61,812 nt of DNA from contig CAYJAP010000002.1 in NCBI GenBank assembly GCA_964368425.1, forward strand, positions 1-61,812. The letters run 5' to 3'. This DNA comes from an uncultured Lachnospiraceae bacterium (lineage in GTDB: Bacteria; Bacillota; Clostridia; Christensenellales; UBA1242). A program made the position numbers and the translations under genes. Positions 46,104 to 58,792 of the stretch are shown here, one piece after another. Within the stretch, counting starts at the first letter, position 1. Each line of letters begins with the position of its first letter. Below the pieces are notes generated by a model. That model searched no databases. It worked only from the letters and a program-made list of their open reading frames with translations, and was not told the DNA's origin.

Positions 46104-47375
46104 ATGAATAAATTTTTTGGAACAGATGGTGTGCGGGGGATTGTAGGAAAAAAGATAACTCCCTCATTGGCTTTTAATGTAGGAAAATCCTTAACATACA
46201 GCATTTCTTCTCCACGAATTATTGTGGGGCGGGACACTCGCCAGTCGGGTGAGACCATCTTACACTCTTTCGTATCTGGCGTGCTAGCAGGGGGAGGTTC
46301 TGTAGTAGATATCGGTGTATGTCCCAGCCCGGCAATCTCCTTTCTCGTATCAAAAAATCCGTTCGATTATGGCGTGGTGATAACTGCATCACATAACCCA
46401 GCTGAGCACAATGGCATAAAAGTGTTTAATACAAACGGACATAAACTATCTGATGAGCACGAAGCTTTCTTGGAAAAACAGTTTTCTCGCAGACCTTCGT
46501 CGTACAGCGGTACATACGAACAAAACACCACCCTACTTAACGACTACATTAATATGTTAACGAGCGGGGAGGATTTGCATGGTCTGAGGATTGTGTTAGA
46601 TTGTAGTAACGGAGCGGCTGTTGCCACCGCACCAGAAAGTTTTAAGCAGCTGGGAGCGGAAGTTGTTGTCGTAGGATGTTCTCCCAACGGTACTAATATA
46701 AACGAAAATTGTGGATGTTTATATATCGAAAATTTAGTTGTAGAAGTGTTAAAAAACAAGGCTGACATGGGGTTCGCATTTGATGGAGATGCGGACAGAA
46801 TAATTGCAGTTGATGCTAGAGGAGAAGTGTTAAACGGGGATAGTATTCTATACATTCTAGCAAAATATCTGCCTGAGCTTGGGTTTATCGTAGTGGGAAA
46901 TTTATATACAAACAGTGAAATAGAACGGCAGTTATATCCGTTGGGTATTTCTGTAATTCACACTAAAGTAGGAGATAAATATATTGTAGAAAAGATGTTA
47001 AAAACAGGGGCTGTGTTAGGTGGAGAAAATAGTGGGCACATTATCATGTTTAATAAAAACTCTTCTGGGGACGGGGTGTTAACCGCCATCACCCTTGCGC
47101 AGTTAGTGCATAGAACCTATCCTTTACATGTATTAAATGACTGTACTCTTTTCCCAAATAAGATGGTGAGTATTTCACTAGAAAATAAGTCTCTCGTTCA
47201 ACATGTTGAGATTACGGAGATGTTGCAAAACATACCTTCTGGATATAGGACAATCGTGCGTCCTTCTGGTACAGAAAATGTTGTGCGTTTGTTTTGCGAA
47301 GGTCCGGATATACATGAGGTGGAAAACATACTCGATAGATTGTGTGAAAAGTTGCTTCATTTGGACACCGAATAG
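46104..47375 (+). CDS. glmM: Phosphoglucosamine mutase
   Basis: FGTDGVRG, TASHNPAEHNGIKVF (active Ser), GGENSGH, RPSGTENVVR. Confidence 0.9.
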   Translation: MNKFFGTDGVRGIVGKKITPSLAFNVGKSLTYSISSPRIIVGRDTRQSGETILHSFVSGVLAGGGSVVDIGVCPSPAISFLVSKNPFDYGVVITASHNPAEHNGIKVFNTNGHKLSDEHEAFLEKQFSRRPSSYSGTYEQNTTLLNDYINMLTSGEDLHGLRIVLDCSNGAAVATAPESFKQLGAEVVVVGCSPNGTNINENCGCLYIENLVVEVLKNKADMGFAFDGDADRIIAVDARGEVLNGDSILYILAKYLPELGFIVVGNLYTNSEIERQLYPLGISVIHTKVGDKYIVEKMLKTGAVLGGENSGHIIMFNKNSSGDGVLTAITLAQLVHRTYPLHVLNDCTLFPNKMVSISLENKSLVQHVEITEMLQNIPSGYRTIVRPSGTENVVRLFCEGPDIHEVENILDRLCEKLLHLDTE

Positions 47376-47397
47376 GATATTTTTTCTTTTTGTTTGC

Positions 47398-47426
47398 TTG
47401 ACAACTCGCCAGAATAGCTCTATAAT
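47398..47426 (+). promoter_or_regulatory. Consensus sigma-A promoter (TTGACA-17-TATAAT) of lysS
   Basis: TTGACA at 47398-47403 and TATAAT at 47421-47426, 25 nt upstream of the ATG. Confidence 0.7.
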
Positions 47427-47450
47427 TGAGCCATAATAGGAAGGTGTAAT

Positions 47451-48938
47451 ATGGCAGACGAAAATATTGTTCAAGAGATAGATGACAATGAAATTAGAGC
47501 AATAAGACTAGAAAAATTAAACAACTTAAAAGATCAAGGTAAAAACCCTTTTGAGATAGTTAAATATGAAAAGGAACACGACGCAGAACAAATAGTTTCT
47601 GATTTCGAAAATTGGGAAGGTAAAGACGTTTGTATTGCCGGTAGAATGATAAGCCGCAGAATTATGGGGAAAGCTTCTTTCGCGCACATTCTTGACGGGT
47701 CTGGAGTTATTCAGATCTACGTTAAAAGAGATGAGATTGGAGAGGAGGAGTATTCCGAGTTTAAAAAGCATGATATCGGAGATATTTTCGGTGTAAAGGG
47801 AAAGGTTTTCAAAACTCACATGGGTGAGATTTCTGTAAGCGTAAAAGAGATAACTTTGCTAAGCAAATCATTGCTTCCTCTACCGGAAAAATTCCACGGT
47901 TTAAAAGACATGGATTTGCGTTACCGTATGAGATATGTCGACCTTATAGCTAACCCAGAAGTGAAAAAGACATTTATTGCTCGTAGTAAAATTATAAAGG
48001 CAATACGAGAGTTTTTAGATAATAGAGGGTTTATAGAGGTAGATACCCCTATACTAAACACTATACCCGGAGGCGCAAATGCACGTCCGTTTGTCACCCA
48101 CCATAACACGCTTGACATAGACATGTATCTGAGAATAGCTCCTGAGTTATATCTAAAAAGATTGATTGTTGGTGGTTTCGAAAAAGTATATGAAATGGGC
48201 AGATTATTCAGAAATGAAGGAATGAGCATAAAACACAATCCTGAGTTTACAACAATAGAGATGTATCAAGCATACGCAGACTACCATGACATGATGGATA
48301 TAACAGAAAAAATCTTCCAACATGCTGCGATGAAGGTATGTGGGACTCTACAGATAAATTATCAGGGGACAGATGTAAATCTAGCGAGTCCTTGGCGTAG
48401 ATTAACTATGGTGGATGCTGTTAAAGAATATGTTGGTGTGGATTTCAATCTACCATTAAACAAGACTTTGAAACAGTGTAAAGACAAAAGTATCGACTTG
48501 GCAGACGGGTTATCATGGGGAGAGGCTTTATATGAAATCTTCGACCGACACGTAGAGAGTTGTTTAATTCAGCCAACGTTTATTATTGACTACCCAGTAG
48601 AAGTTTCTCCACTAGCTAAAAAGAAACCTGGCGATGAAAAGGTTACTGAGCGTTTCGAGTTGTTTATAACCGCTCGCGAGTTGGCAAATGCATTCTCTGA
48701 ACTTAACGATCCTATCGATCAAAAAGAAAGATTTTTACATCAGGTTAAGGAAAGAGAAAAAGGTGACGATGAGGCGCAGATGATGGATGAGGATTTTGTA
48801 AAAGCATTAGAATACGGGCTTCCTCCAACAGGTGGATTAGGCATAGGAATTGACAGACTGATTATGTTGTTGACAGACACTTATTCAATCAGAGATGTAC
48901 TATTGTTCCCAACAATGAAACCTATCAAAAAGAACTAA
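47451..48938 (+). CDS. lysS: Lysine--tRNA ligase (class II)
   Basis: [49 protein letters not shown]. Confidence 0.93.
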   Translation: MADENIVQEIDDNEIRAIRLEKLNNLKDQGKNPFEIVKYEKEHDAEQIVSDFENWEGKDVCIAGRMISRRIMGKASFAHILDGSGVIQIYVKRDEIGEEEYSEFKKHDIGDIFGVKGKVFKTHMGEISVSVKEITLLSKSLLPLPEKFHGLKDMDLRYRMRYVDLIANPEVKKTFIARSKIIKAIREFLDNRGFIEVDTPILNTIPGGANARPFVTHHNTLDIDMYLRIAPELYLKRLIVGGFEKVYEMGRLFRNEGMSIKHNPEFTTIEMYQAYADYHDMMDITEKIFQHAAMKVCGTLQINYQGTDVNLASPWRRLTMVDAVKEYVGVDFNLPLNKTLKQCKDKSIDLADGLSWGEALYEIFDRHVESCLIQPTFIIDYPVEVSPLAKKKPGDEKVTERFELFITARELANAFSELNDPIDQKERFLHQVKEREKGDDEAQMMDEDFVKALEYGLPPTGGLGIGIDRLIMLLTDTYSIRDVLLFPTMKPIKKN

Positions 48939-48942
48939 TAAT

Positions 48943-48973
48943 AAAAATACGAACATTACGTTCGTATTTTTTT
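48943..48973. terminator. Bidirectional intrinsic terminator between lysS and the carboxypeptidase gene
   Basis: ATACGAAC / GTTCGTAT arms, loop ATTAC, flanking A and T runs. Confidence 0.7.
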
Positions 48974-50194
48974 CTATCTATTTTTAAAAGTAAATCCCCA
49001 CCTGTCATTGATTTTTCGCAACGCATCTCTATAACTATACTCTTCCACATTCTCTACAGCTACTAGCGTAATTTCTCCTAGTATCTTGCCTTTTTGCAAC
49101 ACTATTGCCTTTCCTATTTCATCGCCTTCTGCGAGTGGAGCGGATATTCTATCTGGACCTTCGTATCTTACTTCAAACGACGTTTTATCGCCCTTTTTAT
49201 TCACTAAGCGGAATTCTTCTGATGCGACCAATATTGCTGTATCCTGCTTTCCTTTTGAAACATTTATTGTCTTAACTATATCTCCAGCTCCAACAACTTT
49301 TACATCTTCAAAGTTTGCAAATCCGTATCGGTATAAATCCATGCTTTCGTTAAATCGGGAGCTTGCGCTTTTACAACCCAACGTTACAGCAATCAGTTTA
49401 AATCCGTCTTGTTCAGCCATGCTACTTAGACAATATTTTGCTTCATCTGTAAACCCAGTTTTTCCTATTTTGCAGTTGCTGTAGTATTTAATTAATCTAT
49501 TAGTGTTAACCAGTTCAGTTTCTCTTCCGCTAGGGTGAATCAGACTATCCATCCATATGCTACCGTACTCATGGTATATCGGATACTTGGAAACCTCGTA
49601 CAATATCTTTGCTGTATCCAGAGCTGTACTATACTGATTAGCTTCAGGTAATCCTGTGGAATTTGCGTAAAGGGTGTTTACCATACCCAATTCTTGCGCA
49701 CGGGTATTCATCTGTCTAACAAACGCACTTTCGCTGCCCGATATTGTCTCGGCCAGAGCAACAGCACTATCGTTGGCACTAGCCATCACTACACTCTTTA
49801 GAAGTTCTGATAGTTTATATTTGCTACCTTCATCTAAAAATGCTTGTGAACCTTCCATGCTACATGCATACTCGCTTGCAATTATCTCTTTGTCGAGAGA
49901 AAATACTCCATTTTCTATCGCCTCAAAAGTAAGCAGGGTAGTCATTAATTTAACGATGCTCGCCACTTCCATTCGTTCATTTTCGTTCTTGCGTACTAGC
50001 ACCGTGTTACTAGTTGGTTCTAACAAAATGTAACTGCTACTACTAAAGTGTGTAAAATTATCTTCTTGTGGTAGCACCGTCTGTACGCTATCGTCGGCTT
50101 TAACTAAAAAACTGCCCACCGTAAAAGATATTAATAATAAAGACACAAATAAGTATAAAATAAATACTTTAAAAACTTTTTCTACTCTCTTCAT
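48974..50194 (-). CDS. Serine-type D-alanyl-D-alanine carboxypeptidase (PBP5 / DacB-DacF-like)
   Basis: Signal/anchor sequence; SxxK (ASIVK), SxN (SAND), KTG (KTGFT). Confidence 0.85.
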   Translation of the reverse strand: MKRVEKVFKVFILYLFVSLLLISFTVGSFLVKADDSVQTVLPQEDNFTHFSSSSYILLEPTSNTVLVRKNENERMEVASIVKLMTTLLTFEAIENGVFSLDKEIIASEYACSMEGSQAFLDEGSKYKLSELLKSVVMASANDSAVALAETISGSESAFVRQMNTRAQELGMVNTLYANSTGLPEANQYSTALDTAKILYEVSKYPIYHEYGSIWMDSLIHPSGRETELVNTNRLIKYYSNCKIGKTGFTDEAKYCLSSMAEQDGFKLIAVTLGCKSASSRFNESMDLYRYGFANFEDVKVVGAGDIVKTINVSKGKQDTAILVASEEFRLVNKKGDKTSFEVRYEGPDRISAPLAEGDEIGKAIVLQKGKILGEITLVAVENVEEYSYRDALRKINDRWGFTFKNR

Positions 50195-50256
50195 AATCTT
50201 CTCCTTTTTTCTAGTTTTTTCTAATTAAGAGAAATTATGTATAAGAGAGCAGATAT

Positions 50257-50892
50257 TTATACCACTATAATTGTCACATTAACTATCCGCAGCAACAACG
50301 ACTGTATAAACAACATGAGTACAATGAGAAGAAATAGGAAGGCGTATACCCGTCCAAACTTAACCCCATAACACGACCGAACATAGTTAACGCCAAATCT
50401 TTTGATAAGAAAGGAACGTCGTATAGCGACTGCAGCCATTATTATAAGTAGTGTTGCTAGTATCAAATAAAACGGAATTAGCACCAATAGAGCCGTTATC
50501 AGCCCTCCGAAAGGGTGGATGACGATAAGACAAGTGATGTTAAACCCGACGTAATATCCGTAAAAAGATATAGTCGCGAAGGTAAAAATCATCATCCATG
50601 GCGAGAAATTCAGAAATATTATAATCGAGCACATTATCGCAAACATGAGTATCTGACTGAACCACCATCCAAAAGAAGATTTATCACCGCCGATTAATTT
50701 GCATAACGCTTGGTCTAACAAATTATCTATAGTTAAATCGTTGGAAAATTTAGACGCCGTAAATATTCCTATTATAAGTCCCATGATAAAAAAGAGTGAC
50801 AATATGATTATTATTGCCTTGTATCTAGCCCAAAATCTGGCGAACCCGCTCTTCCACCTCAAGCCATTTCTACAGCTGTTTCTCGTCTTCAT
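50257..50892 (-). CDS. Multi-pass membrane protein, possibly SpoIIM family
   Basis: 211 aa. TM layout and segments such as FFIMGLIIGIF and LIPFYLILATLLIIMAAVAIRRSF resemble B. subtilis SpoIIM (from memory). Confidence 0.4.
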   Translation of the reverse strand: MKTRNSCRNGLRWKSGFARFWARYKAIIIILSLFFIMGLIIGIFTASKFSNDLTIDNLLDQALCKLIGGDKSSFGWWFSQILMFAIMCSIIIFLNFSPWMMIFTFATISFYGYYVGFNITCLIVIHPFGGLITALLVLIPFYLILATLLIIMAAVAIRRSFLIKRFGVNYVRSCYGVKFGRVYAFLFLLIVLMLFIQSLLLRIVNVTIIVV

Positions 50893-50914
50893 ATAGTATT
50901 ATATGCGAATAAAC

Positions 50915-50943
50915 TTGCTCATAGTCCGTAAAAATGCTATAAT
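50915..50943 (+). promoter_or_regulatory. Sigma-A promoter (TTGCTC-17-TATAAT) of argS
   Basis: TTGCTC at 50915-50920 and TATAAT at 50938-50943. Confidence 0.55.
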
Positions 50944-50981
50944 TATCCCTGATAAAAAGGCATTCGCACAGAGAGGAAAGC

Positions 50982-52667
50982 ATGGACTTAAAAGAGATTA
51001 TAAATACAAAATTAGCCAAAACATCTTTCAAAAATTATGATTTGAATAAATTATTAACAGTCAATACAGATACCTCCAAGGGAGATGTTTCTCTTCCTTG
51101 TTTTGCTCTCGCTAAAGAATTAAAAAAATCCCCTCAAGCTATTGCTGAAGATATTAAAAATAGTATTGATAACACTAATCTTGAGAAAGTTGAAGTCGTT
51201 AATGGCTACGTTAATTTCTTTATAGACAAAAAGATGATTATCCAAAAAGTATGTCAGGAAGTTTTCTCTCAGCAAGACTCTTTTGGTGCAACTAACTTGG
51301 GAAAAAATCAGACTGTCTTCTTCGACTACAGCTCTGCAAACTTAGCAAAATATATGCATATAGGTCATCTAAAAACCACCATTATAGGTGACGTTCTGAA
51401 GAAGGTATACGCTTTCGAGGGATATAAGACGGTGGGAATTAACTACATCGGAGACTACGGTTTGCCGTTTGGAAAGATGATCGTAGCATACCAAAAATGG
51501 GGAAACAAACAAGATATTATTGATAGAGAAGTCGCTGCGATACAGGATTTGTATGTGCGGTTTAATCAGGAGGCAGGAAACGATCCTTCTCTCACACTAG
51601 AGGCGCAGACAGTTTCAAAAGCGATTGAAGATAAAGACAAAAAGGTGCTTGAAATATACAAATGGTTTATTGACTTAAGTAAAAAGGAAGTGCGACGTAT
51701 TTGCTCTCTGTTAGGCGTGACTTTTGATAGTTGGAGAGGGGAAAGTTATTATTCCGATAAAATGGGACCTGTTGTTGACGAACTTACAAATAAAGGATTG
51801 TTACAGGAGAGTGAAGGTGCACAAGTTGTGGATTTAAATCCATACGGGCTAGGTTATTGTTTAATCAAGCGTAGTGATGGCGGGACACTATATGCCACAC
51901 GTGATTTGGCAGCAGCGGAAGATAGGTACAAAACATACAAATTTACTAAAGGTTTTTATGTGACGAGCGTTGCTCAAAAGCTACATTTTCAGCAGTTTTT
52001 TAAGTGTCTTGAGTTATTAGGCAAAAAGTATGCTGGTGGATTAAAACATATTGCATATGGACAATACAGCTTACCTACAGGAAAGATATCCAGTAGACTA
52101 GGAAAACAGGCTCTGATAAAAGATTTGTACGAAGCTACCTTGACAGAAGCAAAAAGAGTGCTGATAGAGAAGGGTAGTAAAGATAAAAGTTTGGACAAGG
52201 TTGCTCACAAGATCAGTGTAGGGGCATTAAAGTTTGAAACAGTCAAAAACGAGCTGATAAAAGATAGCGTGTTTGATCAATCCAAGGCGTTGAGTTTCGA
52301 AGGAGAAACTTCTCCATACATGCAGTATACTTATGCTCGCTGCTGTAGTATCCTGCAGAAATGTAAGACTGACCACCCTTTCGCCATATCTCCTAGCGAG
52401 CTATCGGACGACATTTCTTTCTCGATAATAAAAACCATTAACAAGTTTACTCAAGTTGTAAAAGATGTACACGATAAGTACGAGCCGGCGATTCTCACAC
52501 AATACCTATTGGATTTGTGTAGTCTGTTTAATAAATTTTATAACTTTACCAGGGTTATTGAAAACGGCAAAATTAACGAGAGTAGAGCAGGATTAGTGCA
52601 GTGCGTACGCACCGTTCTTGGAAACGGACTGAACCTAATTGGAATACCTTTAATAAATAAAATGTAA
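50982..52667 (+). CDS. argS: Arginine--tRNA ligase
   Basis: SSANLAKYMHIGHL (HIGH region), 561 aa, C-terminal ..LINKM. Confidence 0.92.
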   Translation: MDLKEIINTKLAKTSFKNYDLNKLLTVNTDTSKGDVSLPCFALAKELKKSPQAIAEDIKNSIDNTNLEKVEVVNGYVNFFIDKKMIIQKVCQEVFSQQDSFGATNLGKNQTVFFDYSSANLAKYMHIGHLKTTIIGDVLKKVYAFEGYKTVGINYIGDYGLPFGKMIVAYQKWGNKQDIIDREVAAIQDLYVRFNQEAGNDPSLTLEAQTVSKAIEDKDKKVLEIYKWFIDLSKKEVRRICSLLGVTFDSWRGESYYSDKMGPVVDELTNKGLLQESEGAQVVDLNPYGLGYCLIKRSDGGTLYATRDLAAAEDRYKTYKFTKGFYVTSVAQKLHFQQFFKCLELLGKKYAGGLKHIAYGQYSLPTGKISSRLGKQALIKDLYEATLTEAKRVLIEKGSKDKSLDKVAHKISVGALKFETVKNELIKDSVFDQSKALSFEGETSPYMQYTYARCCSILQKCKTDHPFAISPSELSDDISFSIIKTINKFTQVVKDVHDKYEPAILTQYLLDLCSLFNKFYNFTRVIENGKINESRAGLVQCVRTVLGNGLNLIGIPLINKM

Positions 52668-52718
52668 AAATCTTTTATTTTAGTGAATATTATTTTATTA
52701 ATTACACACAACATAACT

Positions 52719-52762
52719 AGGCGGGATAAGTGAGCAAGCCTCACCATAAACCCGCCTTTTTA
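52719..52762 (+). terminator. Intrinsic terminator after argS
   Basis: AGGCGGG..GTGAG / CTCAC..CCCGCCT extended hairpin followed by TTTTTATT. Confidence 0.65.
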
Positions 52763-53042
52763 TTACAACTAATATAGGGCTTTAATAAGCCTCTTTATCA
52801 TATAAGCGATATAGGTGATATAAAAAACAGCACCTAAAAATACAAGAGAAATTTATCTTTCTTCTTGTATTAATTTTTTGAGTTCTGCCTATTAAATATG
52901 TATACCTTTTCTTAGTGAAACTTCAGAAGACACACCACATCTTCAGCACAAATTACTCTGGTTGATATTTTGTATGATAATTATTTTTACAAAAAAACAG
53001 AGAGGTGCTGCCTATACTATTAACAACCGCTCCGTTATATTG

Positions 53043-53186
53043 TTAGTGACAACACTTACAATTACTGCAAAGATCCTCTTTTGATTCTACTTCATTTAGG
53101 GATAGAGGTTCTCCACATTTTTTGCATTTGTGATTTTCATTTTTATCCAACTTATTGGACAGCACCGAATTATGATTCAAAATCAT
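53043..53186 (-). CDS. 47-aa Cys-rich micro-protein (CxxC ... CxxCxCC)
   Basis: AGGAGA SD lies 9 nt upstream. Sequence is MILNHNSVLSNKLDKNENHKCKKCGEPLSLNEVESKEDLCSNCKCCH. Below the ORF-track cutoff. Confidence 0.4.
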   Translation of the reverse strand: MILNHNSVLSNKLDKNENHKCKKCGEPLSLNEVESKEDLCSNCKCCH

Positions 53187-53341
53187 TTTACATTTCTCCT
53201 TTATTTCGTTATAATGTTAGATGATAAACGACTTATTTTTGCATTTTTATTTTTATTTTGCATATAAAATAATATAGATTATTTGTAATATATTGTGATT
53301 AAAATCAAAAAATATACAATTAAGTCGATTGGAGGACACTA

Positions 53342-53932
53342 ATGGCGACGGTGAAAAAGGATAATACTAAACAAACAGAAAAGAAAGAAAATGTTACTTT
53401 TAAAAAGGGGACTACTTCAAAGAAAGAGGTTGTTGGTCCGGTGTCACTAGCAAACAAGAAGACTAAAACCAAAACCACTGTGGATCCTCAGGTTGTTGAA
53501 AAACCTGTTGTAATAAAAGAAGAGGCATTAACACCAAAGAAAGATAAGCCGCGCGCTGACTTTGTAACTATTAAACCAAAGAAGATGCCTGTTACCGAAG
53601 ATTCTATTGCTACTAAAAAGTTTGCATGGCTCGCTTACATATTGTTCTTTATTCCACTATGTATAGATAGAAAAAGTGCTTTCGTTAGACACAACGCAAA
53701 TGAAGGTTTAGAAATAAATGTTTTTGATCTTCTAGGACTAACACTCTTATTGGTGGGATCACTAGTGAAGAGTGAAAGTGTTACATGGCATGGCGTTCTA
53801 GTAATATGTGTAATCATAGGTGCTGGAATACTAGCTCTCACAACAGTGACAAAAGTTTACATGATAATATTATCTGCACAAGGGAAACAGGTTAGCACGC
53901 CTTGGATGTGGGGACTTAGAATAATTAAATAG
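53342..53932 (+). CDS. Membrane protein with a Lys-rich disordered N-terminal half; the TM half resembles DUF4870-type proteins
   Basis: GGAGG SD. The N-terminus MATVKK.. is the same hexapeptide as the 25-aa micro-ORF. FAWLAYILFFIPLCIDRKSAFVRHNANEGLEINV resembles the ..k.s.FvrhHa.eaLnf.. motif (from memory). Confidence 0.55.
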   Translation: MATVKKDNTKQTEKKENVTFKKGTTSKKEVVGPVSLANKKTKTKTTVDPQVVEKPVVIKEEALTPKKDKPRADFVTIKPKKMPVTEDSIATKKFAWLAYILFFIPLCIDRKSAFVRHNANEGLEINVFDLLGLTLLLVGSLVKSESVTWHGVLVICVIIGAGILALTTVTKVYMIILSAQGKQVSTPWMWGLRIIK

Positions 53933-53963
53933 TAAAAAAACAACTCGTATTGAGTTGTTTTTT
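53933..53963. terminator. Bidirectional intrinsic terminator
   Basis: A7, CAACTC-GTATT-GAGTTG, T6. Confidence 0.7.
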
Positions 53964-54078
53964 CTTTGTTTAAATATCTGGTTATTCTTTGAGAAGTTGA
54001 AATATTTAACTATTCTTTAATAAACTGTTCAATGGTTTAATTTTCATAGAGCTATTTCACACCGTTTTTTATAAACAA

Positions 54079-56616
54079 TTATTCTTCATCTAGAGAAATC
54101 TCTTGTGTTTTCACTTTAGAAGGCTTTTCCTCTTCCTGTATATTCTGTGCAAACGCATCTTCAGATTCTTCACTTGGAGTTACTCCTACTGAAACAATCT
54201 TCGCATCTTCTCTCACCTTCATAACTCTCACACCTTTTGTGTTTCTACCAATTACATTTATTTCAGTGGAGTCAATTCGGATTATCTGTCCATCGTCAGC
54301 GATTAACATAATATCATCGCCGTCAGTAACCTGCTTTAGGTTTACAAGACCTCCTGTTTGTTCGTTGAATATGCCTGCCTTGATTCCTTTTCCGTTTCTA
54401 CCTTGAACGCGGTATTCTTTCTCATGTGTTCTCTTTCCGTAACCATTTTCTGAAATTGTTAATAGGAAAGAATCCTTTTTAATAACACTCATGTCTACAA
54501 TGTATTCGTCTTTATTTAAACTCATGCTCTTCACGCCCATAGTATCTCTACCCATGGATCTAACCGCAGACTCATTGAATCTGATACACTTACCCGTGCT
54601 ACTAGCGATAATGATTTCGTCATCTACATTTGTTACATAAACACCAATGAGTTCGTCTCCATCGTTCAATTTAATAGCAATTTTTCCTGTCTTACGGATA
54701 TTCTCAAACTGGTTAATATCTGTCTTTTTAATCAAACCGTTCTTGGTTGCCATCGTTAAGCTTCCTTGTGTGTCTGACTGAACAGGAATAATTGTGGTTA
54801 TTCTTTCACCCGGACTTACTTGTAAGAGGTTGATGATAGCTCGCCCCTTGCTCTGTTTTGTAGCTTCCGGAACTTCGTATCCTTTAATAGTATAAACCCG
54901 TCCCAGATTACTGAAACACAGAAGGTTATCGTGAGTGCTCGTTATATAGATTGTTTCCACAAAATCTTCTTCTTTGGTTTTGTGTGCCACAACTCCCACT
55001 CCGCCTCTATGTTGACTCTTGTATTCACTAACCGGCATTCTTTTAATATATCCGCCATGGGTCAGACTAATTACTACTTGTTCTTTTTCTATTAAGTCTT
55101 CAATACTGATATCACCATAATCTAAGCTAATTTCACTCTTTCTGGTCACACCATATTTTTCTTTTATAACCAATAAATCTTTTCTGATTATATCAAACAC
55201 CAGTTTATCGTCAGCAAGTACAGCCTTGTATCCTGTTATCTGATTATTGATGTCGGACAGCTCTTGCTTTAAACGTTCAACTTCTAATCCCGTCAATCGC
55301 TGTAACTTCATTTCTAGGATAGCTGCAGCCTGTTTTTCGGTTAACATAAACATATTGATTAATTTAACAACAGCGTCATTTTTATCTTCTGACTTCTTAA
55401 TAGTAGCAATTACCTCATCAATATTTGCCTGTGCTATTACCAATCCCTCAAGTATATGCGCCCTTGTTTCTGCTTTTTCTAAGTCAAACCGCGTTCTTCG
55501 AACTATTATCTCTTTCTGGAACTCTAAGTAGTTAGAAAGGATGTCTCTTAGATTAATAACTCTTGGCGTTCCTTTTACAAGCGCCAACAAGATTATTCCA
55601 AAGCTTACCTGCATTTGAGTGTGTTTGTACAGACTATTAAGCACAACCTGTGCATTAGCATCTCTTTTCACCTCAACAACAATACGCATTCCTTCTCTGT
55701 CACTTTCTTCCTTGATATCGCTAATACCTTCAATTCTCTTATTTTTAACGAGGTCTGCCATTTGTATAATCAATTTGGCTTTGTTAACCTGATAAGGAAT
55801 CTCTGTAATAACAATTCGGCTTCTACTTCCGTTATTATATTCTTCAATCTCAGCACGGCTGCGTATTAAAAAACTTCCTCGTCCCGTTCTGTATGCCTTT
55901 TTAATACCTGAACGTCCCATAATTATTCCATGTGTAGGAAAATCAGGAGCAGGAATTATTCTCATAAGATCATCTATACCTATCTCAGGATAGTCTATCA
56001 TCGCCACTACGCCGTCTATAACCTCTCCAAGGTTGTGTGGCGGGATATTTGTTGCCATGCCGACAGCGATGCCGTCTGAGCCGTTTACAAGCAAGTTAGG
56101 GAAGCGAGCAGGCAGAACAGTAGGCTGTACTAGGGAATCATCAAAGTTTGGGTAGAAATCGACAGTGTTCTTTTCGATGTCTCCCAACATATCACCACCA
56201 ATTTTACTCAGTCGTGCTTCTGTATAACGTGCTGCTGCCGGAGGGTCTCCGTCCACAGAACCAAAGTTTCCATGTCCATCTATAAGTGGATTGTTTATGG
56301 AGAAGTCCTGGGCTAGTCGCACCAACGCATCGTAGATAGCAGCATCTCCATGTGGGTGATATTTTCCCATAACTTCACCGACAATTCTTGCACACTTTTT
56401 GTATGGCTTATCATTAAAGCTATTTAATTCTCCCATAGAAAACAGAATTCTTCTATGCACTGGCTTTAATCCATCTCTAACGTCAGGTATAGCTCGGCTA
56501 ACGTTTACCGCCATCGCATAAGAGATAAACGACTTTTCTAATTCGTCTTTAACAGTAATATCAACAATCTTACCGTTGTTTTCTATCTCTAGTATTTCAT
56601 TTTTGTTATCGTCCAT
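54079..56616 (-). CDS. gyrA: DNA gyrase subunit A
   Basis: [34 protein letters not shown] (catalytic Tyr), C-terminal beta-pinwheel repeats. Confidence 0.95.
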   Translation of the reverse strand: MDDNKNEILEIENNGKIVDITVKDELEKSFISYAMAVNVSRAIPDVRDGLKPVHRRILFSMGELNSFNDKPYKKCARIVGEVMGKYHPHGDAAIYDALVRLAQDFSINNPLIDGHGNFGSVDGDPPAAARYTEARLSKIGGDMLGDIEKNTVDFYPNFDDSLVQPTVLPARFPNLLVNGSDGIAVGMATNIPPHNLGEVIDGVVAMIDYPEIGIDDLMRIIPAPDFPTHGIIMGRSGIKKAYRTGRGSFLIRSRAEIEEYNNGSRSRIVITEIPYQVNKAKLIIQMADLVKNKRIEGISDIKEESDREGMRIVVEVKRDANAQVVLNSLYKHTQMQVSFGIILLALVKGTPRVINLRDILSNYLEFQKEIIVRRTRFDLEKAETRAHILEGLVIAQANIDEVIATIKKSEDKNDAVVKLINMFMLTEKQAAAILEMKLQRLTGLEVERLKQELSDINNQITGYKAVLADDKLVFDIIRKDLLVIKEKYGVTRKSEISLDYGDISIEDLIEKEQVVISLTHGGYIKRMPVSEYKSQHRGGVGVVAHKTKEEDFVETIYITSTHDNLLCFSNLGRVYTIKGYEVPEATKQSKGRAIINLLQVSPGERITTIIPVQSDTQGSLTMATKNGLIKKTDINQFENIRKTGKIAIKLNDGDELIGVYVTNVDDEIIIASSTGKCIRFNESAVRSMGRDTMGVKSMSLNKDEYIVDMSVIKKDSFLLTISENGYGKRTHEKEYRVQGRNGKGIKAGIFNEQTGGLVNLKQVTDGDDIMLIADDGQIIRIDSTEINVIGRNTKGVRVMKVREDAKIVSVGVTPSEESEDAFAQNIQEEEKPSKVKTQEISLDEE

Positions 56617-56625
56617 TTCTTCCTC

Positions 56626-58560
<1,935 letters not shown>

Positions 58561-58742
58561 TTATCTCCTCGCATGTTTTACGTTAAAATTATACCATAAA
58601 AAGCATTCTCAACCAAGCTTTTTGTTAGCATATTAATATATAAATATATATAATATATTATATGGTCAATTATTGCCAATTTGACGATTTGTAAAAAAGA
58701 ATTTAAAATTCTCTCTTTTATATTCCTTTATGATAAGAATTT

Positions 58743-58751
58743 TGGTATAAT
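58743..58751 (+). promoter_or_regulatory. Extended -10 element (TGgTATAAT) upstream of recF
   Basis: TG at 58743-58744 and TATAAT at 58746-58751, about 40 nt upstream of the recF ATG. No good -35. Confidence 0.45.
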
Positions 58752-58792
58752 GATTTTAGTAATAATGGTGTAAATTGCACCAATAGGTAGAT

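Noticed and set aside
52828-53011. 8-bp inverted match CAGCACCT (about 52828) / AGGTGCTG (about 53003) in the argS downstream spacer
   Set aside because: The arms are about 170 nt apart, short and unsupported by additional pairing. It is most likely coincidental.
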